Shown here piece after piece: positions 38,247 through 45,795 of a stretch of DNA of 64,000 nt. This DNA is from an uncultured Verrucomicrobiota bacterium (GTDB lineage: Bacteria; Verrucomicrobiota; Kiritimatiellia; SS1-B-03-39; UBA6053). The notes under the pieces were generated by a model, which saw only the letters and a list, made by a program, of their open reading frames with translations, was not told the origin of the DNA and made no database searches. The stretch's first letter is position 1; each line of letters opens with the position of its first letter. Location: the NCBI GenBank assembly GCA_964497855.1, contig CAZCFM010000001.1, forward strand, positions 30,618 to 94,617. Direction: 5' to 3'. The translations under genes and the position numbers were made by a program.

Positions 38247-39435
38247 GAAACAAATCACGGACGAAGATATCGACCTCTTGAATGAGCTGGAGGTGGACAC
38301 CGCACCGGATGCGAAGGATGCTGTTTCCGCGAGAGAACAGCGCATTCTTGCGGGCTTTGAGGAGATTGTGAACTTTGCCAAGGAGCACGGGCGTGTGCCA
38401 CAGCATGGGGAAGACCGGGATATTTTTGAACGGATCTATGCCGTGAGGCTGGATCGTATCCAGGCTTCGGGGGAGTGCCGGGAAATCCTGAAAGACAAAG
38501 ATATCCTTGGGCTGCTCTCGGAAAATCACGGAGGGGCAAGCCTGGTCAGGGAGGTCCCGGAAGAGGATGTGGCGATATTAGAGGCCTTGGGCGTGGAGAA
38601 AGCGCCGGGAAGCGATATTGCCCAATTGGCGTATGTGCGATCCCGCGAGGAAATCCAGTCGGCGGAAGAGGTTGCCCAAAGATTGCCCTGCAAGGATTTC
38701 GACCGGTTTCAACCCGTCTTCAAAATCGTTCAGACCGACCTGGACTGCGGAACACGGCAAACGGTGAAATATCAGGACAATGCGGAAGTGAAGGTCGGAG
38801 ATTTTTTCATTCTGGATGGACAGAAAGTGCTGGTGGCCGCGATGGGGGCACCCACGGTTTCCACCTATGGTCGTCCCAACCCCCGCTTGCGCGTTATTTA
38901 TGATAATGGGACTGAAAGTGATCTGCTGTTGCGCTCCCTGCAGAGGGCACTCAACAAAGACAAGGCCAGCAGAAGAATCGCCGAAGCTGGATACGGGCCA
39001 TTGTTTGCGGGTGAATCATCAGACGGAGACCTCGACGCGGGAACGATTTACGTTCTGCGCAGCCTTTCCAATCATCCTTTTATCCAGCAAAACCGGGACG
39101 TGATCCATAAAATCGGGGTCACGGGCGGGAGTGTCGAAAACCGAATCGCCCACGCGGAAAAGGATCCAACGTTTCTACTCGCGCCCGTGGAAGTTGTCGG
39201 ATCGTATAAACTGGCGAATCTCAACCGTTCCAAGCTGGAGAACCTTTTGCACAAATTCCTCTCCCCTGCCCGGCTCGACATGGAGCTGCAGGACCGTTTC
39301 GGTTTTGATGTGAAGCCCAGAGAGTGGTTTCTCGTTCCACTCCCGCTGATTGAGGAAACCGTCCAGCGCATCCTGGACGGAAGCCTCAGCAGGTGCCGCT
39401 ATGACCCAACGCTGGCACAATTGGTTCCACAATGA
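38239..39435 (+). CDS. T5orf172 / GIY-YIG-like nuclease domain protein
   Basis: C-terminal GTIYVLRSLSNHPF...VIHKIGVTGGSVENRIAHAEKD...LHKFL...REWFLVPLPLIEETVQRI is the T5orf172 (MUG113) pattern. The ATG overlaps the helicase stop by 8 nt (ATGGCTAA). Confidence 0.8.
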   Translation: MAKKQITDEDIDLLNELEVDTAPDAKDAVSAREQRILAGFEEIVNFAKEHGRVPQHGEDRDIFERIYAVRLDRIQASGECREILKDKDILGLLSENHGGASLVREVPEEDVAILEALGVEKAPGSDIAQLAYVRSREEIQSAEEVAQRLPCKDFDRFQPVFKIVQTDLDCGTRQTVKYQDNAEVKVGDFFILDGQKVLVAAMGAPTVSTYGRPNPRLRVIYDNGTESDLLLRSLQRALNKDKASRRIAEAGYGPLFAGESSDGDLDAGTIYVLRSLSNHPFIQQNRDVIHKIGVTGGSVENRIAHAEKDPTFLLAPVEVVGSYKLANLNRSKLENLLHKFLSPARLDMELQDRFGFDVKPREWFLVPLPLIEETVQRILDGSLSRCRYDPTLAQLVPQ

Positions 39436-39545
39436 GCGAAAACCCAGCGACCCAACCCACCTGGCGCATCCATGACTGCGGGCGATTGCCGAAGGGTGTT
39501 TGGGTGGTGCGTGAGCCTCAAAATCTTTCGCCGTGGGTGTCGGAC

Positions 39546-39749
39546 GGGGTTGAAACCCCCAGGTCCATGAATCGTCGCTACGCGACGCGAGGAAAAGACG
39601 GGCACGGGGTCCGTGGTTTGAAAACCACGGCTATTCGTGGGACTGTCGCTACGCGACAAACGGCATCCCCTCAGGGAGCCCGCATGGATTTGTGTGCCAT
39701 GGATGGCACACAAATCGAATAGCGTGCAACACATGGCCACAAATCGAAT
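39546..39749. repeat. cluster of hairpins and short direct repeats in a ~570-bp non-coding tract at the island's right edge
   Basis: GGGGT-tgaa-ACCCC (39546-39559). CCGTGGTT-tgaa-AACCACGG (39611-39630). GTCGCTACGCGAC twice (39574-39586, 39645-39657). 12-bp perfect stem GATTTGTGTGCC-atggat-GGCACACAAATC (39687-39716). CACAAATCGAAT twice (39709-39720, 39738-39749). Confidence 0.65.
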
Positions 39750-40009
39750 CGGACCCGGTTTTCGGAACGTTCAGCAGCCACCCAAACAGATCTTGATTCC
39801 GCAGGGATGCGAAGCAAATTTCATGCATGGTCGCGCCCTTTGAAACCGATGACGATGCTGTCGCGCTGGAGAAGCTGAATCAGCAGCTCCCGCAGATGAC
39901 GGAAGCCTACAACCCGCAGCCGATTCCGGACATTGGCGGTTTTACGCCGAACAGCCTGTTCCGCTTGGGGCTTCGCCACAGGCAGGAATATCTGTGTCAA
40001 AAGGAGTGC

Positions 40010-40702
40010 TTACTCCTGAACCTGGCCGTCGGCGATGCGGACGGTGCGGGAGCAGCGGGCGGCGAGGGCGGGGTCGTGCGTGACGATCACGAGGGTGCGG
40101 TGGCGTTCGGCACTGAGGCGGAAGAGGTCGTCGAGTACACGGCTGCCGGTTTCGGCGTCGAGATTGCCGGTGGGTTCGTCGGCGAGCAGGATGTCGGGGT
40201 CGTTGGCGAGGGCGCGGGCGATGGCGAGGCGTTGCTGCTCGCCACCGCTGAGTTCGACGGGCCGGTGGCCGAGGCGGTGGCCGAGACCGACGTTTTCGAG
40301 CTGCAATCGAACATGGGCGACGGCGGCGGCATCGGGCGCGCCCCAGCGGCGCAGGGCGCGGGCGGGCATGAGGGCGTTTTCGAACACGCTGAGGTCGGGC
40401 AGCAGATGGTAGTTCTGGAAAACGATGCCCATGCGACGGGCGCGGAAGCCGGCGCGGCGCGATTCACCCCAGCGGTGGATGGGCTGATCGTCCACACGCA
40501 ATTCGCCGCTGTCCGGGGTGTCGAGTCCGCCCAGCAAATGCAGGAGAGTGCTTTTGCCACTTCCGCTCGCGCCCATGATGCAGAGGCTCTCGCCGGCCTG
40601 CACGGCGAGGGTTGCGCCTTTGAGCACTTCGATCACGCCGTGGGGCATACGGTAGGATTTGCGCAGACCGATGGCCTGCAAAACGAAAGGGGCGTCAGTC
40701 AT
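40010..40702 (-). CDS. lolD: lipoprotein-releasing ABC transporter ATP-binding protein
   Basis: Walker A GASGSGKST, signature LSGGEQQRLAIARAL, Walker B ILLADEPTGNLD. Start MTDAPF (ATG 40700-40702) overlaps the stop of the upstream FtsX-type permease gene. Confidence 0.9.
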   Translation of the reverse strand: MTDAPFVLQAIGLRKSYRMPHGVIEVLKGATLAVQAGESLCIMGASGSGKSTLLHLLGGLDTPDSGELRVDDQPIHRWGESRRAGFRARRMGIVFQNYHLLPDLSVFENALMPARALRRWGAPDAAAVAHVRLQLENVGLGHRLGHRPVELSGGEQQRLAIARALANDPDILLADEPTGNLDAETGSRVLDDLFRLSAERHRTLVIVTHDPALAARCSRTVRIADGQVQE

Positions 40703-41936
40703 GGCGCAGCGCCTCCACGGGGTTTTTGCGGGCGGCGATCCAAGCGGGAAGGGCACCGCCGACAAGGCAGAGGACGAGGACCATGCCGACGATCAGACCC
40801 ACGTCGGAGGGATCGGTGCGGGAGGGCAGGCTGTCGAGGAAATAGAGGTCCTTGGGCAGGGCCTGGCGTCCGGTCCAGGCGGAAAAGGCGTCCACGATGG
40901 TCTGGCGGTAGTGGAGAATGAGCAGTCCGGCGCCGGTGCCGAGCAGGATGCCGAAGACGCCCTGGATGAGTCCGTACCACATGAACACGCGCATCACGGT
41001 GCCGTTGCGGAAACCCATCGACTTGAGTAGTCCGATTTCGCGGGTCTTCTGCACGCTGACCATGATGAGGGTGCAGGAGACGAGAAAACTGGCGACGATA
41101 GAGATCACGCCGAGCAGAAAAAACATCATGCGTTTTTCGAGTTCGAGCGCACCGAAAAGGTGTTCGTTCATCTGCATCCAGCTCATGGACACGTAGCGGT
41201 TTCCGGACATTGTGCCGATGCGGGTTGCGAGAGTGTCGGCGGCGAACACATCTTCGCCGATGATTTGCATGCCGTGGACACCGTCGTCCATGCCCAGCAC
41301 ATCGCGGGCGGTCTGGAGATTGGTGAGCACGAAGCCCTGGTCGATCTGCCACATGCCGACTTTGAAAATACCCGCGATGCGCAGTTCGCTGGGCAGGCGG
41401 ATTTCACCGTCGCGGGCATTGGCGAAACTGCTGGGACTGAGGATGCTGATGCGGTCGCCGGTGCGCACGCCGAGACGGCGGGCAAGGTCGATGCCAATGA
41501 GACATTCTTCCTCGCCAAACGTGAAACTGCCTTCGACGAGAGTTTTCTCCGGTTCGGCGGCGAGTTTCTGGAAGAGGAAGTCGTGCTGCGGGTCGATGCC
41601 ACGCAGCATGGGCATGTCGAAGGCGTCGTCGTGCATGAGCAGGACGCCCATTTGCAGGAAAGGAGCGACGGAACGGACTTCGGGGAGGGAGGCGACTTCC
41701 GCGAAGAGCGGGTCGTCTTCGGCCATGGGGCGTCCGTAGGAATAGACGGTGACGTGTGGATGAAAGCTGAGGATTTTTTCTTTCCACATGTCATCAAAGC
41801 CGTTCATGACGGAGATGACGATGATGAGCACGGCCACGCCGAACAGGGTTCCCACAACGGCCAGCAGATTGATGACCGAAAGCATGTGCTTTTTCGGACG
41901 CAGGTAAGCCAGAGCCAGGTAGAGGGAGGGCGTCAT
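40695..41936 (-). CDS. lolE: lipoprotein-releasing system transmembrane subunit (LolC/LolE, FtsX/MacB-type permease)
   Basis: TM1, a large periplasmic domain and 3 C-terminal TMs. KTREIGLLKSMGF motif. Adjacent to lolD. Confidence 0.88.
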   Translation of the reverse strand: MTPSLYLALAYLRPKKHMLSVINLLAVVGTLFGVAVLIIVISVMNGFDDMWKEKILSFHPHVTVYSYGRPMAEDDPLFAEVASLPEVRSVAPFLQMGVLLMHDDAFDMPMLRGIDPQHDFLFQKLAAEPEKTLVEGSFTFGEEECLIGIDLARRLGVRTGDRISILSPSSFANARDGEIRLPSELRIAGIFKVGMWQIDQGFVLTNLQTARDVLGMDDGVHGMQIIGEDVFAADTLATRIGTMSGNRYVSMSWMQMNEHLFGALELEKRMMFFLLGVISIVASFLVSCTLIMVSVQKTREIGLLKSMGFRNGTVMRVFMWYGLIQGVFGILLGTGAGLLILHYRQTIVDAFSAWTGRQALPKDLYFLDSLPSRTDPSDVGLIVGMVLVLCLVGGALPAWIAARKNPVEALRHD

Positions 41937-41943
41937 GCGCGGA

Positions 41944-43386
41944 TCAGTGAGCTTTCGGCTTCATCTGCGGGAAGAGGATGACGTCGCGGATGGCCTCGCT
42001 GCCGGTGAGGAGCATGACGAGTCGGTCGATGCCCACGCCCATGCCGCCGGCGGGAGGCATGCCGTGTTCGAGGGCGAGCAGGAATTCGGCGTCGAACTTC
42101 ATCGCCTCTTCCCCGGACTGCGCGAGCAGGCGTTCGCGTTGGAGGATGGGGTCGTTGAGTTCGTTGTAGCCGGGGGCGATTTCCTTGCCGCCGATGATGA
42201 GTTCGAACACGTCGACTTTGGAGGGATCGTCGGCGCAGGGTTTGGCAAGGGGGACGAGACCGGCGGGAAGGCGGGTGACGAAGGTCGGGTTGATCAGAGT
42301 TTTTTCGATGGTCTTTTCGAAAATCTCCTGGGTCACTTCAAGGTCGCTCCAGGCTGCATCGACGTGGCAGCCAAGAGAGAGGGCGCGGGCGCGTTTTCCG
42401 TCGGCATCGAGGTCAAAGTAGTCTGCGCCGGCGCGTTCGCGAATCAGATCGTCGTAGGGGGCTTCGCGCCATTGCGTCAGGTCCACGGGTTCGGCGACAG
42501 TGCCGACCTGCAAAGTGCCGATGACGGTCTGGGCGAGATGCGGAATGAGTTCGCGAATGAGGGACTGCATGGATTCGCGGTTGCCGTAGGCCTCGTAAAT
42601 CTCGAGCATGGTGAACTCGGGATTGTGGTTGCGGCTGAGGCCTTCGTTGCGGAAGTTGCGGTTCAGTTCGAAGACCTTGTCGAAGCCGCCGACGAGCAGG
42701 CGTTTGAGGTAGAGTTCGGGGGCGATGCGCAGGAACATTTCCATGCCAAGCGCGTTGTAGTGCGTCTGGAAAGGCGTGGCGGCGGCACCGCCGGGGATGG
42801 ACTGCATCATCGGGGTCTCGACTTCATCGAAGCCGCGGGCGGCGAGGAAGGATCGGATTTCGCGGACGATGGCGATGCGGGCGTTGAAGACCTTGCGGAC
42901 CTCGGGGTTGGCGATAAGGTCGAGGTAGCGCTGGCGGTAGCGGGTTTCGACGTCGCTGAGGCCGTCCCATTTGTCGGGCAGCGGGAGCAGGGATTTGGCG
43001 AGCAGGGTCCAGGCGGTGACGTGGAGGGTCGGTTCGCCGGTGCGGGTGGTGAACCAATAGCCGGTGATGCCGAGGTGGTCGCCGAGGTCGCACAATTTGA
43101 AAGCGCGGAAGGCGTCTTCGCCGACGTCGTTCAGCTTGAGGTAAATCTGGATGCGTCCGCTTCCGTCCTGAAGGTGGGCGAAAACAGATTTGCCCATTTC
43201 GCGGGAGGTCATGAGGCGACCGGCGACGCGGACGGATTTGCCCTCTTCGTAGGCGGCGGACACGGCGTCGAAACGGCCATCGCGGGGAAAGGCCTGGCCC
43301 CAGGGGGAATAGCCAGCGGCCTGGAGTTTTTCGAGGTTTTGGAGGCGCTGGGCGCGCAATTCGTTTTCGGGAAGATGGGTTTCCAT
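41944..43386 (-). CDS. lysS: lysine--tRNA ligase (class II)
   Basis: OB-fold N-terminus, class II motifs (FRNEG, LEIYEAY, GGMGVGIDRLVMLL). Confidence 0.96.
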   Translation of the reverse strand: METHLPENELRAQRLQNLEKLQAAGYSPWGQAFPRDGRFDAVSAAYEEGKSVRVAGRLMTSREMGKSVFAHLQDGSGRIQIYLKLNDVGEDAFRAFKLCDLGDHLGITGYWFTTRTGEPTLHVTAWTLLAKSLLPLPDKWDGLSDVETRYRQRYLDLIANPEVRKVFNARIAIVREIRSFLAARGFDEVETPMMQSIPGGAAATPFQTHYNALGMEMFLRIAPELYLKRLLVGGFDKVFELNRNFRNEGLSRNHNPEFTMLEIYEAYGNRESMQSLIRELIPHLAQTVIGTLQVGTVAEPVDLTQWREAPYDDLIRERAGADYFDLDADGKRARALSLGCHVDAAWSDLEVTQEIFEKTIEKTLINPTFVTRLPAGLVPLAKPCADDPSKVDVFELIIGGKEIAPGYNELNDPILQRERLLAQSGEEAMKFDAEFLLALEHGMPPAGGMGVGIDRLVMLLTGSEAIRDVILFPQMKPKAH

Positions 43387-43411
43387 AAGCGGACAAAGGG
43401 GATGGGTTCAC

Positions 43412-43440
43412 AAAAAACCCGGTCGGGAATCCGGACCGGG
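43412..43440 (-). terminator. rho-independent terminator downstream of the HU/IHF-like gene
   Basis: Minus strand reads CCCGGTCCGGATTCCCGACCGGG (7-bp GC stem CCCGGTC/GACCGGG) followed by TTTTTT. It lies 27 nt after the HU-like stop and 25 nt before the lysS ATG. Confidence 0.6.
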
Positions 43441-43466
43441 GGAAAAAGGCCGGAGCGGGGTTCCGC

Positions 43467-43814
43467 TCAGTCTCCGGAATCGTAGGGCAGCGAGGTGATG
43501 TCGCCGGTGACGAGGTGTTTCATCACTTTGCCCGCGCGGAATTTGACCACTTTGCGGGTGGGGATGGTGACGATCTGATCGGGGCGGTTGGGGTTGCGTC
43601 CGATGCGGGATTTGCGTTCGCAGAGTTCAAACACTCCGAAATTGCGGAACTCGACTTCTTCGCCGCGGGCGAGGCTTTCCGTGATGTAGTCGAGGGTCTT
43701 TTGGATGATGTTGTGCACATCCTGCTGAATCAAACCGGTTTCTTCGGCGATTCGCGTCACCAGATCACGTTTGGTGGTGCGTTTGGTGGGGGGAACTTGG
43801 TCCTCAATCTGCAT
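43467..43814 (-). CDS. HU/IHF family nucleoid-associated DNA-binding protein with N- and C-terminal extensions
   Basis: KRDLVTRIAEETGLIQQDVHNIIQKTLDYITESLARGEEVEFRNFGVFELCERKSRIGRNPNRPDQIVTIPTRKVVKFRAGKVMK is a canonical HU/IHF fold sequence. Start MQIEDQ (ATG 43812-43814). Confidence 0.85.
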   Translation of the reverse strand: MQIEDQVPPTKRTTKRDLVTRIAEETGLIQQDVHNIIQKTLDYITESLARGEEVEFRNFGVFELCERKSRIGRNPNRPDQIVTIPTRKVVKFRAGKVMKHLVTGDITSLPYDSGD

Positions 43815-43908
43815 GGCGTTTCTCGGCTGGGGTGAAAGGATGCCGCTACCCGTAATGCGAAAAACCCACGGGGTCAAGCAGGATTCCCCTGCGGAAAGAG
43901 CTAAGTCT

Positions 43909-44628
43909 TTACGGAGAGCTTCGTAGAAAGCTGTAATTGCCTTTGGGGGCCACGCCCACGAGTCGAAAACCGGCCTGCGACAGACTGCGAAGGGCGGCGG
44001 CAATCCGCTCGCGCCATTGAGGGTCCTGCGGGGTGTGCGTTTCGTCGAATTCGACGCAGAGGGCGGTGACGGGCGGCCCCTGGGCGAGCAGGTCCTGAAG
44101 AACGGCGTATTCCGCGCCTTCGATATCGAGCTTGAGCAGATCGATTCGGGCATGGGCTCGTTCGCGGGCGAGGGTGGAAAGGCGTTTGCATGGGGCGCGG
44201 AAGGCGGGTCGTTCGCCTTGGAGGGCGGTCAGGGAGTGCGAGACGTGCCACGGGTTGGCGGGGGCGTGAAAAAGCTGTTCCGTGTCGCTGTTCCAGACGC
44301 CGACGGGCTCGAAGTGAAAGCCGGGGCAACGCGCGGACACGGTGGCGGCGTGGGCAATGGCGGCGGGCGTTGGATCGAAGGCGTGGACGACGGCGTTGTG
44401 TTCGCGCGCGCAGGCTTCGTCGAAGGAACTGTCGAGCCCAAGGCCAACGGCGTAGACGACGGCGCCGGGCCGCAGCACGACTTGCGGCACCTTCCAGGCT
44501 CCGGGACCGCTGCCGACGCGTTGCAGCGGCACCGGATGGATGCGGGCGCCCGACACGGGGTCATAGCGCAGAAAACGCTGGCAGAAACACGCGTGGATCC
44601 ACCAGAGTTTTCCGGGCGATCGGGTCAT
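43909..44628 (-). CDS. FkbM family methyltransferase
   Basis: VVYAVGLGLDSSFD and IDLLKLDIEGAEYAVL motifs. Start MTRSPG (44626-44628) forms an ATGA overlap with the upstream glycosyltransferase stop. The listed 491-aa ORF has a Pro/Arg-rich out-of-frame shadow extension. Confidence 0.8.
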   Translation of the reverse strand: MTRSPGKLWWIHACFCQRFLRYDPVSGARIHPVPLQRVGSGPGAWKVPQVVLRPGAVVYAVGLGLDSSFDEACAREHNAVVHAFDPTPAAIAHAATVSARCPGFHFEPVGVWNSDTEQLFHAPANPWHVSHSLTALQGERPAFRAPCKRLSTLARERAHARIDLLKLDIEGAEYAVLQDLLAQGPPVTALCVEFDETHTPQDPQWRERIAAALRSLSQAGFRLVGVAPKGNYSFLRSSP

Positions 44629-45785
44629 GTCAGGACGTCCCGGTAGTGGGCGAGCAGTTGGCGGGCGGCCCGGTCCCAGCTGTAGTGTTCGAGGACAAAG
44701 GCGCGGGCCTGATGTCCCATGTGCGCGGCGGCGTGGGGGTCGTCGAGCAGGGCGGCGATTTCGGTGGCGAGGGATTCGGCGTCGAGGGCACTGCGGCGCG
44801 CGCCGCCGGCGTCGACCAATTCGTCGAAATGACAGCCCGCGGTGAGGACGATGGGGGAGGCGGCGAGGGCGGCTTCCAGAAGAGCGATGCTGAAACCTTC
44901 GGCGCGGCTGGGGAGGCAGAAACAGGCGCAGAGATGCAGGGCTGTCCATTTGGCGAGGCCCTGGAGGGTGCCGGGGAGAATGACGCGATCTTCGAGGCCA
45001 TGTTCCGCGACGCGGGTTTCGAGAAGGTCCTGCATTCCGTAGTCCGGACCGGCGAGCACGAGGCGGAGGCCGGGACGGGAGGGGGCGAGGCGGGCAAAGG
45101 CTTCGAGCAGGAGGTCGGGGGATTTCTGCTCGTGGAGACGGGCGAGAAAAAGTACGAAAGGCTGTCCGTCGATGCCGGGAAGTTCGGGCTCTTCCTCGCA
45201 AAGGTTTTCGCAGGGAAAAATGCCGTTGGGCACGCGGCGGGTGCGGGGCAGACCGAGGGCGTGGAGGGCCTGTTCCTCTTTCAGGCTGAAGACATGGGCA
45301 AAGGCGGCGTTTCGCCAGTATTTGCGCCAGCCCAGGGGGTACATCACAAGGGCTTTGGCGAAGCGGCGCCGTTGCATGTGCCAAGGGTGCAGCATGGCGT
45401 GGGGGCAGAACACGTAGGGGATGCCCTGGGCCTTGGCGCGGGCGTGGACATGGCGCAGCAGGGGTTCCCAGAGTCCGTGGGTGTGAATCAGGCTGGGGGC
45501 GAACGAATCCAGCGCTTGCAGAGCCCGTTTGGCGAAGAGTTTTTCGCAGCCCTCCAGGTCCGCAATACGAATTCGCGTCAGAGTGGAAAATCCGGGCAAG
45601 GATTCGAAGGCCTGGTGAACCGCTTCCTCGTCCAGATCCGATCCGTAATAGAGAATGCCAACCCGGGCACCGGCGAGGGCTTGGGCGGCGGCGAGCGAAA
45701 GCGCGGCTTTGGGCAATCCGCCCATCGACGGATGTAAAGATCCGATGACATGCAGGACGCGCAGGGCTTCCGATGGGGGGGGCAT
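44625..45785 (-). CDS. glycosyltransferase family 4 (GT-B, GT1/RfaB-like)
   Basis: Typical GT4 layout: N-terminal VLHVIGSLHPSMGGLP, C-terminal LPSRAEGFSIALLEAALAASPIV (E-x7-E region). Confidence 0.85.
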   Translation of the reverse strand: MPPPSEALRVLHVIGSLHPSMGGLPKAALSLAAAQALAGARVGILYYGSDLDEEAVHQAFESLPGFSTLTRIRIADLEGCEKLFAKRALQALDSFAPSLIHTHGLWEPLLRHVHARAKAQGIPYVFCPHAMLHPWHMQRRRFAKALVMYPLGWRKYWRNAAFAHVFSLKEEQALHALGLPRTRRVPNGIFPCENLCEEEPELPGIDGQPFVLFLARLHEQKSPDLLLEAFARLAPSRPGLRLVLAGPDYGMQDLLETRVAEHGLEDRVILPGTLQGLAKWTALHLCACFCLPSRAEGFSIALLEAALAASPIVLTAGCHFDELVDAGGARRSALDAESLATEIAALLDDPHAAAHMGHQARAFVLEHYSWDRAARQLLAHYRDVLT

Positions 45786-45795
45786 GGCGACGTTC

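Noticed and set aside
31598-39435. Assignment of the island to BREX, DISARM, Type I or Type III R-M
   Set aside because: No PglZ, BrxC/PglY, BrxL, DrmB (DUF1998), PLD nuclease, HsdS/HsdR or Res-type fused helicase-nuclease is present. The MTase is MmeI/YeeA-like (COG1002-type), which PglX also resembles, but it is too short and lacks BREX partners.
39827-40921. 364-aa ORF starting in the island's right flank
   Set aside because: From about 40010 onward it is antisense to lolD/lolE and Gly/Ala-rich. Only the first ~60 codons look protein-like (a possible decayed gene remnant, perhaps related to SEC-C-associated proteins, very uncertain). It cannot be supported as a CDS.
44629-45384. N-terminal 252-aa Pro/Arg-rich extension of listed ORF 43909..45384
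   Set aside because: It overlaps the GT4 glycosyltransferase gene in another frame and has nonsense-like composition. FkbM homology begins only after the internal ATG at 44628, which forms an ATGA junction with the GT4 stop.
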